Positions 20,973 to 32,156 are shown, numbered from the stretch's first letter. The stretch is 64,000 bases of DNA from Opitutales bacterium (GCA_965226885.1 CBDDEL010000013.1:498710-562709); one strand, 5' to 3'. Notes: generated by a model not told the origin, from the sequence alone. Numbers and translations are program-made.

Positions 20973-23055
20973 CAAGTTCAAAAGTAATTATAATCCCATT
21001 ATAAGCACACTGTAAGGGTTTACCCTTCAACCATGAACTACCTTTCCATGAATTTATTTACTAACGCGAAGGATGACAATGAGATTTATTAGTTTCACTC
21101 TCTGCCAACAACTTAGCCTGGCGGCATGGCTGGGCTCTTGTCTAATCGGTTTTGCTGATTCGCCAATAGACCAAACCAATTCCGTTGGCATGAAAATGAT
21201 TCGGCTGGAAGGGGGATCTTATCAGATGGGCTCAAAAATATCGGGTAAAAGCGACCGGTTTTCATTTCCATTTGTCAAGGCCGATAATCTCTCAAAGATG
21301 CCGCCTGACTGGGACGAATTTCCCCGCCACAAAGTGACTATCAGTAAACCATTTTACATCTCAGAGACCGAAGTCACAACAGAACAATACTGGAAATTCA
21401 AGCCTCATTACAAAGGCTCGAAAAATTATCAACCTTACGTTACCGGAGTGAGTTGGCATGAGGCCATGGCTTATTGCCGGTGGTTGAGTGAAAAAGAGGG
21501 AAAGCCCTACCGCCTGCCGACCGAGGCGGAATGGGAGTATGCCTGCCGGGCGGGAACCGGTACACCTTTTTCTTCGGGCGATGAGCTGCCGGAACCGGAT
21601 TCGCCCAACTCATGGGGGCTGCTCAACATGCACTCAGGCGTGGTCGAGTGGTGCCTGGACTGGCACGGCGTTTATCCGCACGACGACCGGGTCGATCCGG
21701 CAGGTCCTGCTCACGGGTTTGTCCGCGTTGTTCGTGGCGGCCCTCTTGATCGGGAAGAAAGGATGCTGTTCCGGTTAAGCTCATTTTACAGACGTTCCGC
21801 CAATCGCGCCGGAATGGCCCCTGGATTCCGGCAGATTCCCTCACAGGATGGAGAGGATGCGACGCCGAAAGATTTTTCCCAACCTGAAAATGGTGCTTTT
21901 TTTCCGGGCTTAGTGGGGAATTTTTACAATAGCTCTTATTTAACCCGCCCGTCGAGTATTTGGCCAGTAGAGGTTATTAACTCCGATCAAATGGATTGGG
22001 AGTCGAGCAATGATTGGTCGGCTGTATGGAGAGGATTTTTGGAAGCCCCCATGACGGGTTCGATTGAATTTTTTGCCGAGGTGAACAATGGCCTGCGGGT
22101 GGAAATCGACGGCCGAGTTGTTATCGATGGTTGGGAGTCAGGTTCGGAACTTAAAGGCGTTTTTACCATGGAAAAAGGCAGGAAATATCCATTTAAACTT
22201 TCCCTTTTCACGGATGGCGGAGGCTCCTTTCTGCGTTTGTATTGGACCCATTCGGGGCAGAAGAAAACGATCGTTCCGGCAAAGGCATTCTGGCATTCCG
22301 ATGCGGACAAGCATTTTGTCGGCGATGAAGTTATGAAAAGCAAAAAACCACGGGAAAATCCAATTGGTTTTCGCGTCGTGCAGGCGCCCATGCCGACCAC
22401 TCAACCGCATCCCTTCGAAGTGCCTTTTGCCATGCAGGGCGTTCGTCAAAATGTTGCCCATGTAAAGAAAGGACCCTCGCCGGAAAAACCGTATTTCCGC
22501 AAACGGGTCATGCTCCCGATTCCACTGGAAAACAGTTCCCGTGAAGCCATCGACGCCGCCGGGTTTCATCCTTCTTTTCGAGGTCACAATCATAGTCCGG
22601 CTCTGGAAGTTTGTTCCAATGGAGACCTTTTATTGGTCATTTACACTTCCTACAATGAGTATGAACCAGGGGTTTCCTTGATGGCTGCCAGGCTAAGGTT
22701 CGGGGCGGATCAATGGGACATGCCTACGCCATTTATGGATTTTCCCGATGCCAACGACCACGCCCCTCTTCTTTGGAATGATAACGGCAAACTACACTTT
22801 TTTTGGGGCAATCCTCAACTTGACGGCGGTTATCCCTTCCAATGGACGGTTTCGACTAATAACGGCGCTTCGTTTGAAGAGATAAAATTTCCGGTTTTTG
22901 ACGGCCCGGTATTATCGCATTTTCGCCAGCCCATTAATTCGGCCTTTCGGGGATTGGATAGTACCCTCTATGTAGCCAGCGATGGAGTAGGCGGCACCTC
23001 CGTCCTCTGGGCGAGTAAGGATGACGGAGCCACCTGGTTCGATACGGGCGGTCGC

Positions 23056-23099
23056 AGCGGCGGTCGCCACACCACCTAGCGGCGGTCGCCACACCACCT
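23056..23099. repeat. Exact 22-bp tandem duplication
   Basis: agcggcggtcgccacaccacct x2. Confidence 0.97.
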
Positions 23100-23755
23100 A
23101 TGTGCAATTGAAAAATGGCGATATCCTGGGCATGGGAGGCAAAAACACCAATATTGACGGATTCATGCCGAAATCGGTTTCCAACGATGGCGGCAAAACC
23201 TGGAAAGTCAGCAAAACTCCGTTTCCCGCTTTAGCCTCCAACCAGAGGCCCACCATCATACGGCTGCAAAGTGGACGGCTTTTCTTTGCTGCGGATTTTC
23301 AAAAAAGGGGAGGGGGGCAACCCTTGGGAATTACTCAGAAAGGCGCTTTTGCGGCGCTTTCCGAGGACGAAGGGAAGACTTGGAAGATTAAAAAAATACC
23401 TGGCACATTGCTCCATGAAACCGATCAGCCGTGGGGCGAAACTCTCGGTTATTCCGTGGTCCGCCAGGCCCCTAACGGCATCATTCATTTGATCACGACG
23501 ATGAACCATCCCAGCCTGCATTTTGCCCTCAATGAAGCCTGGATTTTGTCGGAAAAAGGAAAATACTCAGAACAAAAAATGACGAACCCCGATTCGGGAG
23601 AACTTTCAAAAGTGAAACATTTTGTGGAAGTGCATTCCAATGGAGAATCCAGGATTGAAGGCAGTGGCGGTATCGCCGAAGACGGTCGTTACTTATTGGA
23701 GGGACCCCAGGTTTGGAAATATGCCAACGGTAATAAAAAGTTGGAAACCGCCTTC

Positions 23756-23809
23756 GAGAGAGGACGCAAGGCAGGCAAGGAAGAGAGAGGACGCAAGGCA
23801 GGCAAGGAA
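23756..23809. repeat. Exact 27-bp in-frame tandem duplication (ERGRKAGKE x2)
   Basis: gagagaggacgcaaggcaggcaaggaa x2. Confidence 0.97.
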
Positions 23810-24084
23810 ACCTATTGGAATATCGATGGAAAGAAAATCTGGCAGTGGGAGCATGATTCCAAGGGGATTTCCCGATGGATCCAATGGTGGCCTAACGGAC
23901 AATTAAAAGCGCAATCGAGCTGGCAAAATGGGAGATGCGAAGGCATGGCCAGAACCTGGGATTATCACGGGAACCTCATAAGCAAGGTCGAATTTTCCGA
24001 CGGCAAACCTGTCGGTTGATGGAAAGAGGTGTCAGGTTTCAGGAAAAAATGTCGAGTCCAGACACCTGAACACTACATTCCCCA

Positions 24085-25839
24085 TCAGGGAGAATATTCG
24101 TCAGCCCCGATATCGACTCCGCCATTTAAAGGGCGATCCTCCAAATCCATGTCATTTTTCGCCCCAAAGTCGTTATGACCTGCATCGATACAGGGAGAGC
24201 CGGCTTTCAGGTGATAGGTCGGCATTATTTCAAAATCGGATATGTCTGAATAACCCGATCTAGAAAAATCTCCCCAGACATTGATTTTTCCAGCATCATT
24301 CGAGGCCACTACTCCCCATTTTTCACCAACCTTGATAACGCGCCCGGAGAGATCTTCATTCTCAGAATCGGCGTATTTCAGGCTGGTCATAAAATGCCTG
24401 TGGTCGAACGCACTGACCACGGCGCTGCCCTTTTTCCCGTTATCCACAAATTGCGGATCCCCGATGAAATTGCCTTCCCCTTCGTAACCTCTGGTCAAAT
24501 TGTTGTAGGTCAGTTCGACGGCCGTTTCTATTTCAATCAAGCCGTGAATGATGTTGTTCCGATAGGCTCCGGGAATCAGGCCTTCCTTTGTTTCGGTGTG
24601 GTAGAGACCGTCCGTGATGGTGTTGTTTACGAGCAGGATGTCGGAGCGCTGAAAGTAAACATGGCCCACGTTTTCGGCCATGATATTGTTTTTCAATTCC
24701 ACCCGGCTTTCCATGGTTATGCGCATGGAACCGGAATTGTGGGACGAATTATCGTTGCCCATGATTACATTGTTGAGGATGCGCACCAAAAAGTCCTCCT
24801 TCGGCGGCGGCGTATCCAGGGGTGTGCCATAGTGGTGTTTTTGTCCCCCGACAAAGATGGCACCGGCATCATCGCCGCCTATATTTCCGACCAAGATATT
24901 GCCCGCGATGAGCGGAGACGACCACAGCGCTACAAAGATTCCGCCGACATCATTTCCATTTAACGACTCGTTGTTGCTGATGACGTTTCCGACAATTTTT
25001 GGGTGCGACCAATCGTAAACGGATATGGCGCCGCCATCAGCGCTGCGGGCAATGTCGATCAGGCCCGTAACGTTATTGGAAAATACATTGTGGGCGATGG
25101 TGGGGGAGGAATAATTGTCGCAGGTAACTCCGGCCCCGCGGCCGATCTCCGTGCGGTTTCCCGCAAAAATATTGTTAGAGATATTGGGCGAGGCCATATT
25201 ATTGCACATGATGGCTCCGCCGTCGTTGGCTACCTCGTGCCATTTAGGCGGATCCCAATCGGTGGGAGCGTAAGTCATGTTGTCGATAAAAACATTATTG
25301 GTAATGTCAGGAGACGAATTTTCGCACAAAATTCCCGCTCCTTTTCCTCGAACCCTGCCCCGTTTGACGATAAAGCCGTCTAGTTTTGCATGATCCGCGC
25401 CCACAACTACACGACGCATCAGGCCACCATCGAGAATGGTTGGATTTTCAAAAATGTCCCTGCTCCAATCGGAAGCATTGTGACCGCCGTACAAATCCAC
25501 GTAAGGCTGAAGGGCGAGTGTCCTACCAGAGTATTTACCCTCGGCGACTAAAACCGCATACCGCTTTTCGGGGCCGGCATCCGTTATAGTTGAAAGGGCG
25601 TGGGAAATGGTTGCCGATGGTCTGGCGGAACTCCCATCGCAATCGGTGTCCGACCCGGTTTTGGCGGAAACATGGCTGACTCCCCGATATTCGCTCAAAT
25701 CGACGGCCAGGGTTTTTGGGCCGATATTATTGGGATCGAATTTGTAGGATTCTTCCCCTCCTTGTGTAGCAACTTGAATTGTTAAGAACAGACAGAAGGC
25801 TGCACAGGACCGTTTAATCATAATTGCGACTTTATTCAT
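24085..25839 (-). CDS. Secreted right-handed parallel beta-helix (pectin-lyase-fold) protein
   Basis: Signal peptide; TISHAL...VAEGKY; repeated GGAI...SSPxIxNN units; YHLKAGSPCIDAG...DIGADEY C-terminus. Confidence 0.8.
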   Translation of the reverse strand: MNKVAIMIKRSCAAFCLFLTIQVATQGGEESYKFDPNNIGPKTLAVDLSEYRGVSHVSAKTGSDTDCDGSSARPSATISHALSTITDAGPEKRYAVLVAEGKYSGRTLALQPYVDLYGGHNASDWSRDIFENPTILDGGLMRRVVVGADHAKLDGFIVKRGRVRGKGAGILCENSSPDITNNVFIDNMTYAPTDWDPPKWHEVANDGGAIMCNNMASPNISNNIFAGNRTEIGRGAGVTCDNYSSPTIAHNVFSNNVTGLIDIARSADGGAISVYDWSHPKIVGNVISNNESLNGNDVGGIFVALWSSPLIAGNILVGNIGGDDAGAIFVGGQKHHYGTPLDTPPPKEDFLVRILNNVIMGNDNSSHNSGSMRITMESRVELKNNIMAENVGHVYFQRSDILLVNNTITDGLYHTETKEGLIPGAYRNNIIHGLIEIETAVELTYNNLTRGYEGEGNFIGDPQFVDNGKKGSAVVSAFDHRHFMTSLKYADSENEDLSGRVIKVGEKWGVVASNDAGKINVWGDFSRSGYSDISDFEIMPTYHLKAGSPCIDAGHNDFGAKNDMDLEDRPLNGGVDIGADEYSP

Positions 25840-25887
25840 GGTAGCTCTATTCAGTTTGTGTGTCTTTATTTTCAGCCTCCATCGATT

Positions 25888-27153
25888 TTATCGATCATGG
25901 ATGGAGCCGTCTTCAAAACGCGGTCCATGCCAGTGTTTTTCGACATAGGGCCGCTTGGCGGCTTCTTTTTCGTTCAAATCGATGCCGAGTCCCGCGCGGT
26001 CAGGCGGAAGTGCGAATCCGTTTTCGTAAGTGACGGCGGCGCCGGAAAAAAGGTCGTCCCACACTGGCTTTTCGGAACCGCTGACCTCAAGTATGGTAGC
26101 ATTGGGAGTGGCCACGCAGAAATGGAGGGAGGCAAAAGTGCAAACACGGCTGTTGGGGTTGTGGGGAAGTATTTCTATGCGAAAGGTGTCCGCCAGTGAC
26201 GCTATCTTGCGCATTTCCAGGATTCCGCCGCAATGGGTCACATCGGGCTGGACATAATCGACGAGGTGCCGCGAGCAGATTTCACCGAAAGCGTATTTGG
26301 TGAAGAGGCGCTCCCCGGTGGCCAATGGCACGGTGGTATGGGCGCGTAAATGGGCCAACTCTCCGAGGTCTTCCGCCTGGGTGGGTTCCTCCACGAAATG
26401 GGGCCGGTAGGGCTCCACCTGGCGACAGAAATCCACCGCCATGGTTGTGGTGGCTTTGCCGTGCAGGTCGATGCAAATGCGGAACTCGTCCCCGACCGCT
26501 TCCCGGATGGCTTTAACCCGGGCCACCGCGTCGCGCACCGCAAATTCCGGATTCATGATATTATTGGGGGTGGCCAGCATGCCAGATTTTCCCGCCGTCC
26601 AGCCCTCCTCCTTGGCCTTGAGCCATTTTTCGGCCATTTCCTCGGGAGTGTCTCCGCCACCAGGCTTGCCATAAACGCGCACTTTGTCTCTGGCCTTGCC
26701 CCCGAGCAATTGCCAGATGGGCTGCTCCAAAGCCTGCCCCAGGATATCCCAAAGGGCGATTTCCACTGCGCTGATGGCCGACACGATTATGGGGCCGCCC
26801 CGATACCTGGGGCCCCGATACATGGCCTGCCAATGGCGCTCGATCTCGGTCGGGTCTTTGCCCACCAGGTAGCGCTTATGCTCCATGATGGCGTGGGACA
26901 TGGTCAAACCCTTGGAAGGAAAAGTTCCTTCCCCCAAACCAACTATACCCTTATTGGTATAAATTTTGACGAAAACGTAATTTTCATCGCCCCCGGCATG
27001 GACCAGGAATGTTTTCAGATCGGTAACCTTCAAGTTGAGTGGACGGGCCTTTTCCCTTACTTCAGCCAGAAGTTGGGAGGGCGTTGAAAGCGAGGCAAAC
27101 GCGGCCAGAGCCGATCCGCCCATTGATAATCTAAAAAAATCTCTTCTTTTCAT
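25888..27153 (-). CDS. Enolase-superfamily acid-sugar dehydratase (DgoD-like) with Tat signal peptide
   Basis: KRRDFF Tat motif; GLGE, AISAVEIALWDILG, DLHG, EEP, GER, QPDVTHCGG, PHNP motifs. Confidence 0.88.
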   Translation of the reverse strand: MKRRDFFRLSMGGSALAAFASLSTPSQLLAEVREKARPLNLKVTDLKTFLVHAGGDENYVFVKIYTNKGIVGLGEGTFPSKGLTMSHAIMEHKRYLVGKDPTEIERHWQAMYRGPRYRGGPIIVSAISAVEIALWDILGQALEQPIWQLLGGKARDKVRVYGKPGGGDTPEEMAEKWLKAKEEGWTAGKSGMLATPNNIMNPEFAVRDAVARVKAIREAVGDEFRICIDLHGKATTTMAVDFCRQVEPYRPHFVEEPTQAEDLGELAHLRAHTTVPLATGERLFTKYAFGEICSRHLVDYVQPDVTHCGGILEMRKIASLADTFRIEILPHNPNSRVCTFASLHFCVATPNATILEVSGSEKPVWDDLFSGAAVTYENGFALPPDRAGLGIDLNEKEAAKRPYVEKHWHGPRFEDGSIHDR

Positions 27154-27432
27154 TTTAACCTACGAGTCCTTTCCGTATTTCAATGAGTGTACTTTAAAAT
27201 TTAAAATCACTACCTTGCAATTTAATTATATTGGCACCGATGAACCGCATGAATCAAGGTCTAATTCATGGCAACTTTATTTTCTCCAAAAAGAAAATTT
27301 TTAAGTTTGAAACAACATACATCTTCATAAGCGGTAATGATATATAAATTTGTTGCTCGCAGAAAAACATTCAGTATCTAAATTTTGAAAATACACCCTT
27401 AATTGTACCATTTTTGAAGTATGGTTTAAGAT

Positions 27433-28203
27433 ATGAAATTAAAAATCGCACAAATCAAGATTCCGCCGGAAAAAGGCAAATTAATCGAAAATTACCGACG
27501 ATTGACAGACGTCCTGGCCGAAGTAGCTCCCTCCCGTCCAGATGTGGTAATTACTTCCGAGTGCTATCTGGACGGATATATTATAACCGAGGATTGCGTT
27601 TCCAAGGAGCAATTGGCCGAATATGCGATCGATCCAAGTAATTCGAAAATAGTAAATGAATTATCGCAATGGGCTGCTGATAATAAAACCTGGTTTATCT
27701 TTGGTTGCATGAGAAAAACCGAAGAAGGCGTCTATAATTCGGCCCTGATTATTAATCGGGATGGACTATTGGTAGATATTTATGACAAAACGCATTGCCA
27801 GCGCCATGACAAAAAATTTATTTCCGGAAATCGACTGCCTGTTTTCGACTCCGACTTCGGAAAGTTCGGGGTCCTCATCTGCGCGGACCGCAGGTGGCCG
27901 GAAACGGTCAGAACCTTAGCCCTGAAGGGAGCCAACGTCATTTTCAACCCCACTTTCGGGATGCATAATGACATGAATCTATGCATGATGCGCACCCGGT
28001 CCTTTGAAAGTGAAATTTTTATCGCATTCACGCATGCCAAACAGGCCCTGATTACCTCTCCATTTGGAGAAATCATAAACAATTCGACATCGGCGGAAGA
28101 AAAATTCACGGTCAACGAGATCGATTTCTCGGAAATAGAAAAGAAGCGGAAAAAAAGCATGCATTTACAGGACAGGCGGCCCGAATTGTACGAATTGGAT
28201 TAA
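27433..28203 (+). CDS. Carbon-nitrogen hydrolase (nitrilase superfamily)
   Basis: E-K-C triad contexts TSEC, YDKTH, LICADRRWPE; C-terminal DRRPELY. Confidence 0.88.
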   Translation: MKLKIAQIKIPPEKGKLIENYRRLTDVLAEVAPSRPDVVITSECYLDGYIITEDCVSKEQLAEYAIDPSNSKIVNELSQWAADNKTWFIFGCMRKTEEGVYNSALIINRDGLLVDIYDKTHCQRHDKKFISGNRLPVFDSDFGKFGVLICADRRWPETVRTLALKGANVIFNPTFGMHNDMNLCMMRTRSFESEIFIAFTHAKQALITSPFGEIINNSTSAEEKFTVNEIDFSEIEKKRKKSMHLQDRRPELYELD

Positions 28204-28257
28204 GAAAAATCGCCATTTATAGCAGATGAATGCATAATTTTAAAAGTTAGACCAACG

Positions 28258-29256
28258 ATGCACAGTTATATCATCAGGCGGATATTCAACATGGTGCCGA
28301 CATTGATACTGATATCAATGGCCAGTTTTATCGTTATCCAATTGCCACCGGGGGACATGCTGACCTCGAAACTGGCCAAGCTGGAAGAGCAGGGGGAATT
28401 GGGTTCGGAGAGCGCCCTGGAGCAGGTCATGGTATTGCGAGAACGCTACGGTCTTAACGACCCGCTCTATGTGCAATATTTCAGGTGGATCGGAAATATC
28501 GTGCTGCACCTGGATTTTGGAGAATCGTTCACCTTCGAAATGGATGTTATCGAGCTATTGTCGAAACGCATGGGGCTAACCCTTCTGATGACTATGTGTA
28601 CCCTCGTATTCACTTGGATGGTGGCTATTCCAATCGGCGTTTATTCGGCCACCCGGCCGTATTCGATCGGCGATTATGGTTTTACCTTTATCGGGTTCGT
28701 CGGTTTGGCAACGCCCAATTTTCTGCTCGCCCTTATATTTCTCTATTTACAGGTGACCGTCTTTGAGACCCAATCGGTGGGCGGTCTCTTGTCCCCGGAA
28801 TTTGTGGGCGCGCCCTGGACTTTGGCCAAAGTTAAGGATTTAATGACCCATATTTGGGTGCCGATCATTGTCATCGGGGCCAGTGGAACGGCTTCCATTA
28901 TTCGGGTAATGCGGGGCAACCTGTTGGATGTTCTCGGGCAGCAGCATATCCAGACGGGCAGGGCCAAAGGATTGCGGGAGGTAAAGGTCATCGCCAAGTA
29001 CGGCGTTCGCATTGCCATCAATCCATTGGTAAGCCGGCTCGGAATGGAATTGCCGAGTCTTCTATCGGGCGCCGTGGTCACCGGGATCGTGCTTGGGCTG
29101 CCTACCGCCGGTCCTTTGTTTCTAACCGCTCTTACCTCTCAGGACATGTATCTGGCGGGGGCCTTTTTGCTTTTGTCTTCCACTTTTCTGCTGGTTGGCA
29201 ATTTGTTCGCTGATATCGCCCTGGCCTGGCTGGACCCGAGGATTCGCTATGGATAA
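28258..29256 (+). CDS. ABC permease, DppB/OppB-like
   Basis: YIIRRI...YGLNDPLYVQY, TGRAKGL loop, LDPRIR end. Confidence 0.92.
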   Translation: MHSYIIRRIFNMVPTLILISMASFIVIQLPPGDMLTSKLAKLEEQGELGSESALEQVMVLRERYGLNDPLYVQYFRWIGNIVLHLDFGESFTFEMDVIELLSKRMGLTLLMTMCTLVFTWMVAIPIGVYSATRPYSIGDYGFTFIGFVGLATPNFLLALIFLYLQVTVFETQSVGGLLSPEFVGAPWTLAKVKDLMTHIWVPIIVIGASGTASIIRVMRGNLLDVLGQQHIQTGRAKGLREVKVIAKYGVRIAINPLVSRLGMELPSLLSGAVVTGIVLGLPTAGPLFLTALTSQDMYLAGAFLLLSSTFLLVGNLFADIALAWLDPRIRYG

Positions 29257-30406
29257 GGATAACAAGGCATCCATGGAACGAACCGCTGAACCTACGGTTT
29301 CAGGGGATGAAGGGTCGCAAGCCGTTAGCGTCAGTTATTCCCAGAAACGCTTGATCTGGAAACGATTCCTCAGGCACAAAGCGGGCGTAGCTGGCGGAAT
29401 CATCGTTTTGATTGCGTGTTTCTGTTTTCTTTTCGCTGAATTTCTGGCTCCTCACGAAGTTTCCCGCCGCTACTTTCAATACGTTTATCTGCCTCCTCAA
29501 GGCGTCCATTTATTTTCCGAGGACGGCTTTCACGCGCGGCCTTTCGTTTACGGGATCAAAAGCGTGATCAGTGCTGAGGACGGTCTCAAACGTTTTTATG
29601 AGGATACCACAGTAAGATACCCGATATATTTTTTTGTTGAGGGTGACACCTATAAATTTCTCTGGCTCTTTGAGACGGACATTCATTTTTTCGGCACGGG
29701 CAAAGGCAATCCGTTTTTCCTGTGCGGGACCGACCGTTTTGGGCGCGATATGTTTTCGCGGTTGTTGTCGGGGGGGCGCGTTACATTTACGGTAGGTTTG
29801 CTGGCTGTATTTCTGAGCCTGACATTGGGGACGACTTTAGGGCTTATTTCGGGCTACTATGGCGGGGTCATTGACAATCTAATACAGAGAACCATCGAGC
29901 TGATTTTCGCCTTTCCCAGTATTCCTATTCTCATGGCGTTGAGCGCGCTTTTGCCCCCGCAATGGCCATCCTATTTGACATTTCTGGGTATTATAACGGT
30001 TTTATCTTTTATTGGCTGGGGGGGGCTGGCTCGTGAAATCAGGGGCAAAACCCTGGCCATCAGCGAATCCGACTTCGTTCTCGCAGCCCGTGTCAGCGGG
30101 GCCAAAGACCGGAGAATCATTTTCGTCCACCTGCTGCCCTCCATGTTCAGCCATATAATCGTTATTTCAACGCTGGCTGTTCCAGGATTCATCCTACATG
30201 AAAGCACCTTGAGTTTCCTCGGGCTAGGCATCAAGCCGCCCTTGACCAGTTGGGGACTGCTATTATCCGACGCCATGAATTTGCACGCGCTCAGCCTGTA
30301 TCCGTGGCTCTTGATTCCTGGCGCCTGTATCCTGGTGGCGGTCTTGTCCCTCAATTTCCTGGGTGACGGCATCCGGGACGCGGCCGCTCCTTATTCCACT
30401 TATTGA
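29249..30406 (+). CDS. ABC permease, DppC/OppC-like
   Basis: GTDRFGRDMFSRL, DFVLAARVSGA, ESTLSFLGLG, SWG, NFLGDGIRDA. Confidence 0.92.
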   Translation: MDKDNKASMERTAEPTVSGDEGSQAVSVSYSQKRLIWKRFLRHKAGVAGGIIVLIACFCFLFAEFLAPHEVSRRYFQYVYLPPQGVHLFSEDGFHARPFVYGIKSVISAEDGLKRFYEDTTVRYPIYFFVEGDTYKFLWLFETDIHFFGTGKGNPFFLCGTDRFGRDMFSRLLSGGRVTFTVGLLAVFLSLTLGTTLGLISGYYGGVIDNLIQRTIELIFAFPSIPILMALSALLPPQWPSYLTFLGIITVLSFIGWGGLAREIRGKTLAISESDFVLAARVSGAKDRRIIFVHLLPSMFSHIIVISTLAVPGFILHESTLSFLGLGIKPPLTSWGLLLSDAMNLHALSLYPWLLIPGACILVAVLSLNFLGDGIRDAAAPYSTY

Positions 30407-30425
30407 GGTGGAGATCGATCGGCCA

Positions 30426-32156
30426 TCAGTGGGACATTTGGCTTAGTTTCAGAGTGAGAGAATCTATCACCTCGTCGTCGATATTTATGATCTGAAAAGT
30501 GAGTTTGGGATCGTCTTTTTCCGTATCGAAGTTGAGAACGCCGAATGAGCACTTTTCGATATAGGCCATGAGGGCGCCGGGCATGATGTCGCTACTGATC
30601 ATATTGGTCAGACGCGCGCTCTGTAAATCGTAAAGCGGATAGCCCTCATCCCTGTCAATTTTCCAAGCATCAGTCCTGTGCCGGTCGGAAGAGAGCAGGA
30701 CGACTCCCTCGATTTTGCGGTTATTGAGGAAAGAGAAAATTTCATTTCTTTCGGCCGGAAACCCTCTCCAGGTATCGACGCTGGTGGGCTTGGCCCGAAA
30801 AGCCCAGGGAACCGGGGAAACGATTACCTTGAAAGTAGCCTGCGATTCTTTCAGGCTGTTTAAGAGCCATTTTTTCTGAACGGGCCCGAGCATGCTGGGG
30901 TTTTCCCATAATGGATTGGTTCGGTAAAACCTTCCGTCGAGCATAAAAAAGTCGATGTCTCCCAGGGAAAACCGGAACCAGCAACCCGGCGTCGTCTCTT
31001 CATCGCCATAAGCCGGATTGTTCCAGTTATTGCGGAAAAGACGCCATAGCGGAATCTTCCATTTAGGCTGGTCGGTATAGGGCCCCATCCAGATATCGTC
31101 CATGGCGCAATCGTGGTCGTCCCAAATCGAGTAAACGGGTGTCGAACGGACAAGGCGTCGAAATTCGAGCCGTGATTGCCGGCGGTAATAGGTGTAATCA
31201 TGCAAGGGGCCGGGAAAACCGGGAAGGTCGATATAGACGTTGTCGCCCAGGGTCAGGAAAGCGTCATAACGGTGCGATGAAATAATATCCCAAATGCGTT
31301 CGTTCCATGGGGTATAACCGGCGCCGCCGCCAAAGGCTATGTGGAAACGCCCGGAACTGCCTTTGGCCGGAAAGGTGCGAAAGGAGGGCAAGTTTGGGGT
31401 CAGGGAGGCAACGCCATCGATTAATACCTCGTAGAAATATTCAGTTCCGGGACTGAGTCCATCGACTTCCACAACGGCGGTGTAATCCCGGTCCGCGCGG
31501 GAAGTTATCTTAGGCGATTTTATGGGATCGGTCAAATTCGGAGACGTGCTCAGACGCGCCTCAACCTGTCGTATTTTATCCGTGCGAACCCAGAATTTTG
31601 CGCTCTTGTCCGTAACCGATCCCACCATGGGTCCGTGGATCAGCCTGATGGCAAACTCCGCATCCAGGTCTTTGAATTGTCTGGTTTCCCTCAGCGGTTT
31701 CAGCAAATCCCTTGGTCCGGCCAGAAAACGCCCGAAGGGAAGACCGGCCTTAAGGGCGCGCATCATTGAAGTGACCGCTTCTTCCATCCGCCCCATTTGG
31801 CAATGGGCAATGGTTAAATTAAACAAAGATTCCTGGTCATTGGGATCGTCCGCCAAGATAGCCTGGCATAATTCGACGGCTTCATCATTCCTTCCCTCCA
31901 TAATGGCCAAAATCTGCCGTTGTCCCCTGCGTTTGTAGGAGACTGCCGATTTTTCGGGGCCGAAAGCCCGGCGGTTCCAGGCGCTTTCGCTTCCGTAATA
32001 GGGCAGGGGAGAACCATTCAAATAGGCATCGGGCGGTGCATTTTGTTTGCTCTCATCATCCTGGCCTGAAATGATTCCCGGGAGCAGCCCGATTAAGAGC
32101 CCGCATAAAAGTCCGGTTTTCAAACCTGGACTGTGTCTTTTACTTTTTTTTGCCAT
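30426..32156 (-). CDS. PhoD-like metallophosphatase with N-terminal TPR-like segment
   Basis: Signal peptide; HGPMVG, LGDNVYID, WDDHD, SMLGPVQKKWL, SSDRH motifs. Confidence 0.85.
   Translation of the reverse strand: MAKKSKRHSPGLKTGLLCGLLIGLLPGIISGQDDESKQNAPPDAYLNGSPLPYYGSESAWNRRAFGPEKSAVSYKRRGQRQILAIMEGRNDEAVELCQAILADDPNDQESLFNLTIAHCQMGRMEEAVTSMMRALKAGLPFGRFLAGPRDLLKPLRETRQFKDLDAEFAIRLIHGPMVGSVTDKSAKFWVRTDKIRQVEARLSTSPNLTDPIKSPKITSRADRDYTAVVEVDGLSPGTEYFYEVLIDGVASLTPNLPSFRTFPAKGSSGRFHIAFGGGAGYTPWNERIWDIISSHRYDAFLTLGDNVYIDLPGFPGPLHDYTYYRRQSRLEFRRLVRSTPVYSIWDDHDCAMDDIWMGPYTDQPKWKIPLWRLFRNNWNNPAYGDEETTPGCWFRFSLGDIDFFMLDGRFYRTNPLWENPSMLGPVQKKWLLNSLKESQATFKVIVSPVPWAFRAKPTSVDTWRGFPAERNEIFSFLNNRKIEGVVLLSSDRHRTDAWKIDRDEGYPLYDLQSARLTNMISSDIMPGALMAYIEKCSFGVLNFDTEKDDPKLTFQIINIDDEVIDSLTLKLSQMSH

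Larger units (their letters stand above)
21073..24019 (+). pseudogene. Secreted multidomain protein (FGE/SUMF1-like + PA14 + BNR/sialidase-like + MORN-like), frameshifted by a 22-bp tandem duplication
   Basis: ORFs 21073-23079 and 23021-24019 join (974 aa) on removing one copy of 23056-23077; RLPTEAEWEYACRAG, GFRVV; Asp boxes STNNGASF, SKDDGATW, SNDGGKTW, SEDEGKTW. Confidence 0.85.

Noticed and set aside
21073..22390. FGE/C-lectin-fold domain as a diversity-generating retroelement target
   Set aside because: No reverse transcriptase and no adenine-variant template/variable repeat pair seen in the window.
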